A stretch of 63,254 nt of DNA, filler included, from Lenisia limosa (Eukaryota; Protista; Breviatea), in the NCBI GenBank assembly GCA_001655205.1. It is 14 parts of 14 records of this genome, joined end to end, with 100 filler letters (N's around TTAATTAATTAA, not from the genome) between each part and the next. Parts side by side here need not be neighbours in the genome. Positions count along the whole stretch, not along the records: positions 20,492 to 25,681 come from LPNZ01001861.1; positions 25,782 to 32,988 come from LPNZ01002357.1; positions 33,089 to 36,252 come from LPNZ01004282.1; positions 36,353 to 39,349 come from LPNZ01004101.1; 10 more parts are not named here. One strand, given 5' to 3'. The notes beneath the pieces were generated by a model. That model was given only the letters and a program-made list of their open reading frames with translations. It did no database searches and was not told the origin of the DNA. Below, piece after piece: positions 23,066 to 36,355 of the stretch; position 1 is the first letter of the stretch; every line of letters starts with the position of its first letter. A program made the translations under genes and the position numbers.

Positions 23066-25630
23066 ATGGCTCTCCCTATTCGCTTCCAAGAGATCGCTAA
23101 GGTATTAATTTTGCCATAAGTATCGGGAATACACATAAACCTGTTCTTTATTTCCTACAATAATGTTCCCCATTTACACCTGCTACTATTTTAGAGTTTT
23201 AGGCCATGTCTAGTGCCTTACCTGTTTTTAGCTCTCCAATCTCGGTATCGATGCTCAGTTTTGCAACTTCAAAGGCTTGACTCTTGAGAGTGATCGCTTC
23301 GTCTGTGTCCGTGAGACTCTTCCTGACGCGGTATGCATGATTTCAAGCTATATTTGCGGGGCAAATCTTGAATCTTTGGAGTTTTCTTTTTTCAGTGAGG
23401 GTCTTCACTGATTTAATCTAGTCAAATGTTGTCATTGTCGATCTCCAAGACCTCTCTAGCCCCCCTGTTAGGCGCAAGATGTCCGCAGACTCGGCAATTA
23501 TGAATCCTACAACCAAGGTTCTCGCGTTGAAGGGTTTGTGGACTTCAGTTGTTCTCATTTGATTAAATTTATATTATTTTAATATATTTAGCCGGAAGAC
23601 AGCTCCAGATTTTTAATTTGGAAATGAAGACCAATATGAAATCACACGTTCTTGACCAAGATGTCGTATTCTGGCGCTGGATTTCAGTCAAAACCATTGC
23701 TGTTGTTACAACTACAGCCGTCTACCATTGGGGAATGGAAGGTTTGCGGGTCTCTCCGTCTCTGAAGACCCCTTCTTGGGTTCTTGTCTTCCTAATGTTT
23801 TAATTGAGTATTAGAAGGAATGTTTCCAAGTTATACCAATATCCTTTATGTTTCCACTCTGTCACTCCACCTCACTGATCTTCAGGAGACAGCAAGCCTC
23901 GTAAGGTCTTTGATCGCCATGACACATTGACTGGCGTACAAGTCATCACCTACCGCGTTGACAAGGATGAGAAGTGGCTTTGCCTTGTTGGTATCGCCGT
24001 TCAGGTGCGATTTTCTTTTAGTATTGAATAATCGGTTCATATCGAGTAACATTCATGACTCCAACGGACCTGTCTTGTTGTGTGTATTATAGCTGTTAAG
24101 AATCGTGAAATGCTATTTTTCATTTTAAATGTTTGTTGGCATATAATAAAATACAGTCTTTCAATCTCTATCAACTTTAATTGTAATATACTGATGCTTG
24201 AAATTTCCTCTTATTAATAAAAAAAAGAAGAAATTTCCTCTTATTTATTCCACAGGACGGACGCATTGTTGGTAAAATGCAACTCTTCAACACAGAGAAG
24301 AACCAAAGTCAGGCTATCGAAGGTCATGCTTGTTCATTCGGTTCGATGACCTGTGAAGGCGCCTCTTCTAGCTCAACTTTCTTCATCTTTGCCAATCGTG
24401 CTGCGGACGCTGCTCACGTGGGAATGGGTTAATGGACTGTTTGAATAATGTAGTAACATTGTGTGTGAAGTACTGATCCAAACAGTTGAACATCATCGAG
24501 GTTGAGAAGGGTACTGGTTCCCAATTCATGAAGAAGAAGGTTGGGAGGAGTGCTGCGAAGATGTATCTCTGACCCCCCCCCCCCAAATATTCCTTCTGTA
24601 GCACTCTTTGNNNNNNNNNNNNNNNNNNNNNNNTCTCCGTTTCCCTGCTGATGCTCCCAATGACTTCCCCGTTTCCCTCCAGGTTGGTACTCTTCATCGA
24701 ATTTTTTTTCGTTTACCCCCTCCCCCCTCCCCCAGTTCTCTGAGAAGTATGGTGTTGTCTACGTGCTGACTAAGATGGGCTACTTCCAGATGTATGATAT
24801 CGAGACTGGTGCAGTTCTTTACATGAACCGCATTTCCTCCGACGTCATCTTCATCTCTACTAACTACACCGAGACTGACGGAAGTGAGCGTTGTTCATTT
24901 TGTTTCGTCACCTTGTTGTGCTGGCAGCCCCCTCCTCCACCACCTCTTAACACAATAGTTATGCTCGTCAACCAAGGAAGTCAGGTCCTTGCCATCTCTA
25001 TTGATGACAACAACATTGTACCCTATGTCTCTAACCAGGTGGGTAGACATTATGACGGTTTTAGCTGATCCATATTTTTCTGTCTTTTCAAGACAATTGT
25101 TATTTTTTAACGCCGTAGCTCGGTAATCTTGACGTCGCTATCAAACTGGCCTCCAGAGCCGATCTTGCCGGAGCGGACGNNNNNNNNNNNNNNNNNNNNN
25201 NNNNNNNNNNNNNNNNNNNNNNNNNNNNNNNNNNNNNNNNNNNNNNNNNNNNNNNNNNNNNGCGTTTCACTGAGGCAGCACGCGTCGCCGCCACATCTCC
25301 CCGTTCAATCCTCAGAACCCCTCAGACCATCCAGCGCTTCCAACAGGTTTAAGGGAGTCTTTTCTTTTTGGTCTTCGTGGGTGGTTTCACTGTTTACCAC
25401 ACAGGTTCCTTTAATGGCCGGCCAAACAAGCCCCCTCCTCCAGTACTTCAGCATCCTTCTCGAACAAGGCAAACTCAACCAGGTACGGTTCTTCCACCTT
25501 TTCTCACCAAAGCCATAATCCACAATGGTCACCTCCCCTAACCTCTCATACCACCCAGTTGGAGTCCATTGAGCTGACACGCCCGGTTATGGCACAGAAC
25601 CGCAAAGAGCTTCTTGAGAAGTGGCTTACT
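23066..25630 (+). CDS. CLTC: Clathrin heavy chain, N-terminal beta-propeller and linker; 3' end truncated
   Basis: [107 protein letters not shown]. Confidence 0.97.
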
Positions 25631-25938
25631 GTTCGCGGGGGCGGTGGTATCTTTTGTTGTTTTTTTTTTTTTTTTTTTTTTNNNNNNNNNNNNNNNNNNN
25701 NNNNNNNNNNNNNNNNNNNNNNNNNTTAATTAATTAANNNNNNNNNNNNNNNNNNNNNNNNNNNNNNNNNNNNNNNNNNNNTAGCATATATCATATGTAG
25801 TATATCATATACTATATAATATATATCATATATATATATATATATATATATATCATATCATAAATAATATATGAATTGTCTTGCTATCTTGCTACGCCCA
25901 GTTGGGCCTTTGAGAAAAAAGCGTGATATGCTACAGAC

Positions 25939-27220
25939 CATGATTTTCTGCTTGTGCGCTTTGAGCTGACGCGCCAATTCACCACCTCCCTGGATCTTAT
26001 AGAAAATCATATCGTAGCACATTGCCACCGCAACATTGGGCCGAGTCTGGAGTAAAATTAAAAATTATGAAATAAAAAGCCCAAAATCAACAAACGAGGG
26101 TCAAAGTGTTGAAAAGATGAGAAATAGTGAGCTTAAAGTGTTGAAAAGATGAGAAATAGTGAGTTTAAAGTGTTGAAAAGATGAGAAATATGTGAGCTTA
26201 AAATGTTGAAAAGATGAGAAATAGTGAGCTTAAAGTGTTGAAAAGATGAGAAATAGTGATCTTAAAGTGTTGAAAAGATGAGAAATAGTGAGCTTAAAAG
26301 GGACACTTAAGACCATCTTGAATACCGAATATGTAAATAAAGGTAGTATTTGTCCACACTTACATGTTTATATGGGTTATGTATTTGAGTATTTAACCGC
26401 TCACATCAGGATTATTCTCGAAGAAATTAGCGTGGTTAAGAGCTTCTTCAATAACAGCTCGATCTATAGATAGTCAAAAGGAGATAACAAAAAGAACTGA
26501 TCACAAGCGCCAATGATGAGCACAGGTATTATTTTTTTATTATCAACCCTTCTTGATAAAACAACCACCCCTTCAAGACCCACGTTCCAAGGCTCGGATA
26601 GCAACGGCCATGGACTTTTTCACATTCCTCACGTGGCTGCCTTGGTTGAAACACAGGCTGAAAAGCAGTGAATAGAATCCAGATAGAATGGTGATTGATC
26701 AATACGAACTAATTTTAACAGCAGAATGTATAGAGTGTGAATACATCCTTTTTACTCAAAAAAAAAAAAACAAACAAAAAACAATAATAACCGTGATTAC
26801 CGTCTCTGCATCTCCAACTACTGATATGATCATATGACCGACTTTCGAGTCGAAATGATTAAAAAATAGCCACCAGGGTTCATCCCGGGCGTTTCAGACT
26901 ATCATTGTCACTTTTACGTCAAGTATCACACGAGTGGATATGAGGTATCATGTCACTGCGTGGAAAATGATTTCAGACGGTTGAAAAAGTCACCAAAAGT
27001 GACATATAAAAAGCAGACCCTAAGCCAAACAATCAAACAAAAAAACAGTTATGAACCGCCATTTTACCTCTTAACAGCTGCGGTTCCTTCTTGTACACCG
27101 TCCAAAATATCAGCAACCTGTTCAGTCAATATCTTTGGAAATTGAAAAAGAGAAGAGCAAATGTGAGTGAAACAAGTGTTGGTATCAGGGATGCAGACTT
27201 TGTAAAGGAAGAGGCATAAC
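25939..27220 (-). CDS. NSUN5: 25S/28S rRNA (cytosine-C5) methyltransferase NSUN5/Rcm1, N-terminal part; 3' end truncated
   Basis: VADILDGVQEGTAAVK|SLCFNQGSHVRNVKKSMAVAIRALE|HRAVIEEALNHANFF..|TRPNVAVAMCYDMIFYKIQGGGELARQLKAHKQKI aligns by eye to the NSUN5 N-terminus. The catalytic domain is not in the window and the start codon is uncertain. Confidence 0.7.
26103..26298. repeat. Intronic minisatellite, 32-bp unit x ~6
   Basis: Unit AAAGTGTTGAAAAGATGAGAAATAGTGAGCTT. Confidence 0.93.
26831..27007. mobile_element. ~180-bp dispersed intronic element; second copy at about 52196-52373
   Basis: Both copies share CCGACTTTCGAGTCGAAATGAT...GGGTTCATCCCG...CGAGTGGATAT.AGGTATCATGTCACTG...AAAAGTGA.AT. Short imperfect terminal inverted repeats (ATATGAC/GACATAT). 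Confidence 0.75.
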
Positions 27221-27542
27221 ATTATCTACATCCCCAAGGTGACACGTTATTCAATATTCACTCATTTCCCGAACACTAACCTGGAAGTAAAGGTAGCTCA
27301 TTATGACCAAATAACTGATGGTCACTCAGTGGAAATCTGCCTTAATTCCTTGTGTATTTAAGGGGGCTTGTGTACTGTGATAATATTATTAAAAAGGGTG
27401 AAAAAGGAGAAATGCAAGCACGAGCACGAGTCACGGCACCGCAGTCATTTCGGGCGATCTCTTTGTTTTTTTGTGGAAAAATTCCGACATTGAGATACTG
27501 TTAATGACTTAGGAAAGTTAAGTGCGACCCGATCCCATACAT

Positions 27543-30500
27543 ATGGCTAAAGTGTCACAGGATGGCTCTTTGGGCCGACCACAGCCGCAGTTTTTGCATA
27601 CCAGGCGGAACAGCGTTCTGAGTGAGTACTCCCATATAGATCAAACAACGATATGCGAGTCATCTTTGACAAAAATTCAAAAGACTCGGCAACTTTGGAA
27701 GCCTGTCAGGTTTGTTTTCTTGCTTCTTTGCTTACTGGTTTCAGAATGTCGTCTAAACACTCGCAAAACTGGTTCAATGTTTTCACAGACAAGGAGCAGG
27801 AGTATTTGTACAAGGAGTATCTTTGGGTTGGTAGGGCTTTCTTCTGGGCCTCTTCTTGTGCCTTCTGTAGGTGCATTCACATTGGTAGTTGTTCATTTAT
27901 TGAATATATTTGGATCGAATTTCTCACCGCTTTTAGTCACGATACCAGTTCAATAGCGGCACCGCCCTCAAATACTGCAGTTTTGTTGTTGTTATTGGGT
28001 CAATGCTGACTTTTATTGGCGAAGACATCACTGGTTTCTTCTGTCAAATAGCTGGAGCGATTGTATTGTACGCATGCTCCCTCATGCTGAAGACCAAAAA
28101 AGGTGGGTCAATCCCTAGCGGATAGTTGGCTATGATTATAAGAAGGGAAGCGGAAGGCTTCTTCGGAGAATACAACATCATAAAAACTGTTTTTTTTTAA
28201 TTCAACTGAATTACTAAAAGTTGTAATAGTATCATTTTTGCTGCGTTTTTGGATCCAGGCTCTTGGTTGTCTTTTTTGGTTTTTTATTTTGTTTTTGGGC
28301 TCTTGGGCATATGTTAGGAAAAAAACAGCCATATATTTTGGGCCTTTGTAAACAGCTATAACTGGGTTAAAATGACTATGTTAGGAAAAAAACAGCCATA
28401 TATTTTGGGCCTTTGTAAACAGCTATAACTGGGTTAAAATGACTGGTCAAAGACAAATATGAGGAAACTCCTTATTTGGGGAGTTACATGGTGATGTTTT
28501 AGGTAAGAACAAACATGACATCATCACAATGGGGTCCCTCATCTTCTACTACTTGGTTGCCACCATCCTTGCCAACATTCTTGCTGACATGGGAAGTGAA
28601 ATTACGCCGAGAAGGTATGGCCAGTCAACATTGTGAAATCACTTATTAGAACAATACATACCGTAGGAACATGACATACTGTGTGTTTTGTAAAATTTTT
28701 TGGGGGTTTAATTTCCGTCTGGATTTCCAATTGTATTTTCGGCCTTATCCGCCTTCAGGGTGGTGATTGTCTTTCTTTATGCCATCATGCCGGCCCTTGC
28801 TTTCCGAATCCGCTTCAAGATCTGGTTCTACGGGTCATGGTTTATTAACCTGTCATTTGTTGCCATCTCTATTTACTGGTGTATGCGGGTAATATGCTCT
28901 TGCGTTATTTTAATCTTATTGTCAGTATTTTTGGGCCAATAAAGCCCCATCATTATTTCTCTTTTTTCATCTCTCTGGGGGTTCCAAAGGTGTGCCCTCT
29001 ATTTGTGTTGTCTGTTACATTTCAGCACAAATGGACGCCATCATCAACGACGGCCCTTCAGGCATCAGTATTATCATCCTCGGATCGATTGTTCTGACGT
29101 AAGTGGAGAGGAATGCTTGTTCTGACGTAAGTGGAGAGGGCTGCTTGTTCTGACGTAAGTGGAGAGGAATGCTTGTTAGGCTTGTCGTCTGGGAAAAAAC
29201 CCGACTTTATCTTAAAAAAAAATATCTTTCTTTGCGGTTCTTTTTTCAATAAATCATACTATCATGTATGTACACATATTTGTTAATGTCTCATCATTCC
29301 CAGGTACTCCTTCAAGAATCTTGACATGTCGTTACGTCAGGTTGGTCCCTAAAACATATGTACATACAAATGGATAGATATTCAGAGCTTTCTCGTTTTC
29401 TTCACGTTGACTAGTTTTTATTCCAAAACTGTTTCTGTGATGGGTTCTTTTCTATTCCCTTCATTGATGATTTCCAGGGCTATCTTCTTCATATGCACAT
29501 GGAACATGAGAATGAGCGACTGGAGCGAGAGGTTTGTCTTTGAAATGCTATCTGGAGCAATAGTGCTGGTTGAATATGTGATGCATCGTCTTTTCGTGTT
29601 ATCTTGGAGGCAGTTCATCAATCAATTCTTATGAAGAGTAGAAAAGAATTATGTTTTCCCTCTTGGCTATAATCGGCAGCATTTTAGCAATAAAGCTGAT
29701 AGTCTTTATATGATATATTTCACCCAAAACAAGTGCGTTTTTGACCTTTGAATCATCGTTAACACCCTTAGCTCGGAGTTGTTGGTCAATTGAAGAAGGG
29801 TAAACTGAAGGTTAGTAACGGTGTAACCGGGGGCACTTCACATGAGGAATGCAACGGGTCTTTACTTCCTTTGTTGACTCTCCAGGTTGACGACGACACT
29901 CGAAACTATCTCCTGTCCAACTTCTCAAAGTCTAAAGAGGCCTCCAATACCAACGCCGCTCCAGGCAAATCCGCCGCTCCCACTCCAACCCACATCAAGT
30001 CAAGACCACGTGGCACCTCATCGTTCATCGTCAGCAATGCCACCACTCCAAAGAACGTTTGTTGGAGAGTACCCTCTTACCTCGTTCTTTCCTCCTATTT
30101 ACCTTTCCCCCTCCCCCTGCTGCAGTTTTTGATGTTTTTAGGCGGGTACTATTGTCACTCCAATCGCGCTGCCTCCAGGTATGGAAGGGTTTTGTTTTTA
30201 ATCTTAGTGGGTGGAAGGAAATCGGGTCTATTTACACTTTGTGTGGAAGTTCGATAGCAAAAGGACGATCTCAATAGATTCATTCCTCGTTTGACGTTGT
30301 TGTTGAGGGGGTGGTAATCCTGATACTTATTACTAACCTGAGAAATTGACAATGTAGGCTCTCTTCCCGGAGCTGCTACAGACTCCCCACCACCACCAAG
30401 CAGAAGAGGCAGCTGTAAGGGGGGGGGGGGTGCCGTATAGCCCGAAATACTGTTATTGGTTTCATAAAATGGTCAAACCTCATGATCCTTCTAACTACCC

Positions 30501-32893
30501 AGTGTCTTCCATCCTACCCACCCCCGTCCAAACCCCCAGAAGCTCCGTCAAAGCTGCGCCGAACAACTCGTCATCGCCATTCATCCATGAGATGGAGGAG
30601 GGCTTCGGGTCTCGTCATTCCGGCGCCATGCCCATTGGATGGGCACAGTGGCTCATCAGCGGCACCAATCTGGTTTCGGTCGCGTCGCCGAAGGTGCGTG
30701 TTGTTTGTGCATTTTGACTTCAAGATGATTGAATTGGTCGATAAATTGTGTGAATACTCTTTGGACTTACCTTCAAACAGCCCCCCGATGATTCAATGTT
30801 CCTCCGCTCTGATTTCTCACGTTCCCAAGCCTCAATCACATACGCCTCGCTTAGTTCCATACCCTCCAACAGGACCCCGAAGAATGGACCGACTTACCCC
30901 TCCCATTTCCAGGTTGGTGGAGGGCTCAACTCTTCTTTCATTTGGTCTTACTCAATATTGTGTCTCTGTGACGGTTTAGTTATCTTGTTTGGAAAGATTC
31001 GGAGTATCTTGGCACTATTCCACGCTGGACCTCGCGAAGCAGAGCAGCCATGCTCTTTTCCTTGTGGTATGTGGGTCTCATCAACCACACGTTTTACACC
31101 ATAGTGCCAACTTATTATTATTTACAGTTATAATATGCTTTGATAGACCACTTATTCATGTGCAATGGGTTTATGTTAGTATACATGATTGATTGAGTGA
31201 ATTGGATAATTACTCTCGTGTCCAAAACCAATAGCAATATTATCAAAGTCACTTTGGAACTCGGTTATGACCCAATCCAGGGATATCGTTTGCTGATAAC
31301 TTCCGGCCTGTCCCATTTGGTACATGTCCCTGATGCTGCAGTGGCCCGAGTGGGGGGGGGGGGGGCTANNNNNNNNNNNNNNNNNNNNNNNNNNNNNNNN
31401 NNNNNNNNNNNNNNNNNNNNNNNNNNNNNNNNNNNNNNNNNNNNNNNNNNTCATCTCTTCTTTTTATCATTTTTATCTTATTTTTCTCTTCCTTCATGCT
31501 TCTTATGGTTTTATCAAGATTGATTCAAATACCATCATATTTTAAAAGAGAATCCAAGAGCAGTTCTGTTGAAGAAGTATGACTGTTTCCTCCTGTCAAG
31601 TGAATCTTAACTGTTTAGTTTTTGAGCAACATTGAAGCAACCTACCTTGGAAACCCCTACCATTGTTCGACGCATGCTGCTGATGGTAGGACCAATGGAG
31701 GGTTGAGATTCTGGTACACCTTATATGTGCCCAACACAACTTGTATTATAGACATTCTTACTTCCCTAGTCATGGTGTCTTTATCAAACCTGGTACAAAG
31801 CTCTTCGTTCATTGCCGCTCTATCACCTCTTGAAGGTGAGCTTGTTTGTACACTTGCTCATGTTCATTAATCAAAACATGACACCAAAGATATCTTGAGG
31901 ACTCCACTCTGTATAACAATCCTCCTCTCACTCACCACTGCAGTGTTCAGTTGCTTCCTTGCCGCGGCCGTTCATGATGTCAGCCACCCTGGTGTGACCA
32001 ACGTTTTCCTCTCCAATTCACATTCCGATCTTGGTGAGTGTTTGTGAAGGGACCACACCTCCTTTTGTACGCTTAGCATTGGATCATTAAAACATGAGAT
32101 TATTCTACCTTGTACCTACGACACTAACCCGCTACCATCTCTCTTCTAACCCTCCCCCCCCCCCCCCCCCNNNNNNNNNNNNNNNNNNNNNNNNNNNNNN
32201 NNNNNNNNNNNNNNNNNNNNNNNNNNNNNNNNNNNNNNNNNNNNNNNNNNNNNNNNNNNNNNNNNNNNNNNNNCACGTCGTAGCCAGTGGCATTCTTGAT
32301 GACATGTCTGAAAATGAAATCTCAGAGGTACGATGGGTTGATTTGGGCAGTCATATATATCTTAGGCCAGATTCAACCTTTTTGATTGTCTCTTTAGGCA
32401 TGGCAATAATGCTTCAGGTTCGTACAGTGATGAACGAGCTGGTGCTTGCAACTGACATGAAACGTCACATGGAGATTGTTGGTGCGTTCTCATCGCAGCT
32501 CCTTGATAACAGTACGAGGGTCTTCCTTGGGTCGCGCTTGTTTGCCTTGCTTGTACAGCTCTCTACCCGTGTTGTGATGGTTTTAAACACTATAGAGGGG
32601 ACAGTATCCCCTCCCCGTGAGCTTCTGTCTTTTTTACACCCCAGATTTGAATATCCAATCAAGTCTTGATGATCGTCTTCTCTGTTTGCGAGTTGCTATG
32701 AAACTTGCCGACATTGGTCACTCGCTCAAGCCTGCCCAGGACACTATAGAGTGGACTTAGTAAGCTCCAGAGTAATTTCCGATACCGATCAACTCACCCA
32801 ATCTCAATTGCTCTACTGAATTCTCACATTTTTCACAAATCAGCCGTATTACCACCGAATTCTTCAACCAGGGTGATACGGAGCGAGAGTTGG
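27543..32893 (+). CDS. Membrane-anchored class I 3',5'-cyclic nucleotide phosphodiesterase (about 5-6 N-terminal TM helices + PDEase_I domain); 3' end truncated
   Basis: Catalytic motifs NPYHCSTHAADV, AAAVHDVSHPGVTNVFL, ELVLATDM, AMKLADIGH.LK..HYEW, EFFNQGDTERELG. Hydrophobic upstream exons splice in phase via HMEHENERLERE|LGVVGQLKKGKLK|VDDDTRNYLLSNFS. Start codon uncertain. Confidence 0.88.
28310..28444. repeat. 67-bp tandem duplication (x2) in a PDE intron
   Basis: TATGTTAGGAAAAAAACAGCCATATATTTTGGGCC...GGGTTAAAATGAC occurs twice head to tail. Confidence 0.9.
29089..29177 (+). repeat. 28-bp tandem repeat x3, each copy containing the exon end and a GTAAGT donor
   Basis: Unit TTGTTCTGAC|GTAAGTGGAGAGGAATGC. 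Confidence 0.92.
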
Positions 32894-33764
32894 GTACGTG
32901 GGTGGTATCCTATATTCAGTTTTTTTTTAGTAAATCATTATTTTTCTTGTACTCACTATTCGCCCCAATCTCTCCTAATCGTTCATCANNNNNNNNNNNN
33001 NNNNNNNNNNNNNNNNNNNNNNNNNNNNNNNNTTAATTAATTAANNNNNNNNNNNNNNNNNNNNNNNNNNNNNNNNNNNNNNNNNNNNGTTATGTATGGT
33101 CACCTATATATATTATACCAATAAGAAAATAAAGCATCTTAAATGCAGCAGTGTGTTTAATGATAGTTTTATTTCAGAAAAAGAGGAACGTAACAACGAG
33201 AGCAAAAAAAATGTGTATTCAACTGTAATATTGTAAATAGGTTAAGAGACACTTCAGTTCATTGGACATTTGATTCACAAAATAAAATTACAATTCCTCT
33301 TTTGAAATTTTTGAGCGGATTTTCGGGTAGGTGTTCTGGGGTTTTCAAGCCCCAAATACAATCGTCTGACATGGTTGTCCTCATGACACTGTAATCCCGG
33401 TTCCCAAAATATACCAGACTCGCAATCTCCATAATATTCATAAAGAAATAGTTATTGAAAGGTTATCTCCATCAGTCAACAAATAATCCATCCCTGACAC
33501 TTTCACACACGATAGATGACACTCCCACTTACCTAAAATATTAGAGGAATACGAGAAATTCAAAATAAGTTACAAATTTTGAGATAGTAACATGCTATCA
33601 GTTTACATAACCTCGAACAACTGTGAAATAATAAACAAGTTTGTATCTGGGCGAAACCGTCCACACATGCTTATCAGAGATATTGGACAATAGTATTATA
33701 TTAATTCACCTAATATTAATTCACCCAATCATTTGCACAGGTTACTGCGTGCCCCCCTCCCACT

Positions 33765-35868
33765 GTTTAGCCCGGCATTTGGTTCGGCCTGTACTACTAT
33801 GGCCTTGTAGACCTTGAAGAGGGATGACACGTCATTACCGGNNNNNNNNNNNNNNNNNNNNNNNNNNNNNNNNNNNNNNNNNNNNNNNNNNNNNNNNNNN
33901 NNNNNNNNNNNNNNNNNNNNNNNNNNNNNNNNNNNNNNNNNNNNNNNNNNNNNNNNNNNNNNNNCCATAATCTGTTGGCTAACACAGAAGGGTTGAAAGC
34001 AACAAAACAAACAAAGGTAAAGCGAAGGAAATTTTGATGAAGAATATTAGCAAAAAGGTACTAATCACGAAACAAATAAGCTGAAACTCCACGAGGGAGT
34101 GAGGGAGGCAGCACTGGGAAATACACCATCCAACCAACCCACTCTAACCCAATGTTTGCGCCACGAAGTGATAATTGGCATTGTTGTGCGAAACAGTCTG
34201 CTGCAGCACCTTTTCCACGCCAACAGCCGTAAACAGGCCGACATGGAAGAGGGTGGCGAAGGCCGTGGCGGCGGAACTCGGACAGACGAGGGTTGTGGCC
34301 TGGGGCTAGGGATGTGATATTGACAAATCCTTGATAAAAATCGGAAAATAAATCCTTGATAAAGATCGATAATTCCTCAATAAATATTGATAAATCTATT
34401 GATGCTTTGGTACACTTTAACAGATGTAACAGTAATCACCCCCATCCACCTTGACACAGGGGAGAATGACGTTCTGCATAATGAGGGTTCTCAGAAGCTT
34501 CTTCAGCGAATCTTTCTGGATTATGGCCATGAACCGAGGGAGGGCGGTGGCGTCATATTTGCGGCCTATACTCTCCTGTGGGAGGGGGGGTAAAATTGGA
34601 TAATTTATAAAACAAAAAAAAGACCAAAATCAACTCTGTTAAATATAATTGGAAAATGGGAAGGGAACTGCATTAAAGTAGTAGATTCCATCGGTGAGGT
34701 TGGGTAATAGAAATTTTACTGAGAGAGAGGGTAGGACGTGCAATATGCTAATTAGGAACAAGATATGATATCATACACATCAACCCGATACTCCTAAACA
34801 CCCGATACTATTAAGACCAACAACACCCGATACTATTAAGACCAACAACACCCGATACTATTAAGACCAACAGCACCCGATACTATTAAGACCAACAGCA
34901 CCCTATACTATTAAGACAGACACCTTAGAGTATTTGCCCATTACCTGAGGGTACCCCTAGCCTTGGAGTAGAAAATGTGAAATACCTCCAAACGGGCTTC
35001 CCTTCGGTCCCAATAATGACTGAATTTCTCGAAAAATCCTCGAAAACTATCGATATTATACCGGACTTTTTTGAACCGAAGTGAAGTCTTACCCCCTAAC
35101 CTTGGAGTAGAAACCCCCAACCTTTGAGTAGATAATGTCAAAAGGGTGCTTCATGAAGGACTGCGCCAGAACGTCCTCGGGGCATCCCGATTCTAAAGCC
35201 TTCCAGAAGATGCCTGTGTAGGTGGACTGGATCCTGCGGGGTAAACCAAGGAAATTGATGAAACAAAAAAAAACCCAAATCAACTNNNNNNNNNNNNNNN
35301 NNNNNNNNNNNNNNNNNNNNNNNNNNNNNNNNNNNNNNNNNNNNNNNNNNNNNNNNNNNNNNNNNNNNNNNNNNNNNNNNNNTACCGATATTTTGGCAGT
35401 TGACCGAACCAAGTTAATAGTTTTTACTCTGGTCCTAACAAGACCAAAAAATATCGATAGTTTTCGAAGAATTTTTGAAGAAACTTAGTGCTCACAAAAA
35501 AAAATTAATAAAAAAAAAAACTACAGACACAATCCCCATCATACTTTTCAAGCAGCTCATCTGACACCTTCTTGGTAGCAAACAACTGAGCAGCCTGACC
35601 AAGCTACAAGGGTGAACAATGCAGAAAAAGAAGCACAAAGGTGACGAAGGGATAGAAAAAGAAGCTACAAAGATAACCGAGTATAGAAAAAGAAGCTATA
35701 TGGGTGATCAAGCGGTAGGAAGGTAAAAGGGTTAAAAGTTACGCTAGTATTTCTCTTAAGGCTTAAATAAAAGAAGAAAAGTAGAACAATCTTCGCAACA
35801 TCCACATGAGATTCGTCTTTTTGAATCAAAAGCTTGTACAAGTGAGAATGACATAAAACCAAGCTAGG
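33765..35868 (-). CDS. Uncharacterised alpha-helical protein (internal fragment)
   Basis: Phase-compatible exons WPSLVLCHSHLYKLLIQKDESH|LGQAAQLFATKKVSDELLE|KIQSTYTGIFWKALESGCPED...IIYSK|ESIGRKYDATALPRF...VILPCVK|PQATTLVCPSSAATAFATLFHVGLF... Family not recognised. Confidence 0.7.
34798..34918. repeat. Intronic minisatellite, 25-bp unit x ~5
   Basis: Unit ACCCGATACTATTAAGACCAACA(A/G)C. Confidence 0.9.
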
Positions 35869-35898
35869 CCATGCTGAAGCAGTAGTAGAGTAGTGGGT

Positions 35899-35996
35899 GG
35901 GGCTTCACTTCGGTTCGAAAACAGAATTAATTTTTCTATAAATCCTCAAAAACTATCGACATTTTACCCGTCTTGTTCGAACCGAAGTGAAATCCT
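35899..35996. mobile_element. MITE family M1 subtype A
   Basis: GGGCTTCACTTCGGTTCGAAA...TTCGAACCGAAGTGAA. Confidence 0.8.
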
Positions 35997-36355
35997 AGTG
36001 GGTATCAAAAAAAAAAGTCCAAATTAACTCTCTTTTCCGGACGGGAGGGTATTAGAATAGAAAGCCAAAGTTGGATCATAAAAATGTGGGTGAGATGAGG
36101 TATGGGATACAACGAAGGAATTTCAATGAAGAATAGTGGCGTAAAGCTGTTATTCAGGAATCACTTCAAACAAACAGCGCATAAGCACTAAAGGGGAAAA
36201 GGGGGAATTTATTGACCAACAATCAGCAACACCCCACAATACTCCACAATTANNNNNNNNNNNNNNNNNNNNNNNNNNNNNNNNNNNNNNNNNNNNTTAA
36301 TTAATTAANNNNNNNNNNNNNNNNNNNNNNNNNNNNNNNNNNNNNNNNNNNNGCA

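Noticed and set aside
26103-26298. 32-bp direct repeats of CRISPR-like length
   Set aside because: A contiguous minisatellite without spacers, inside an NSUN5 intron.
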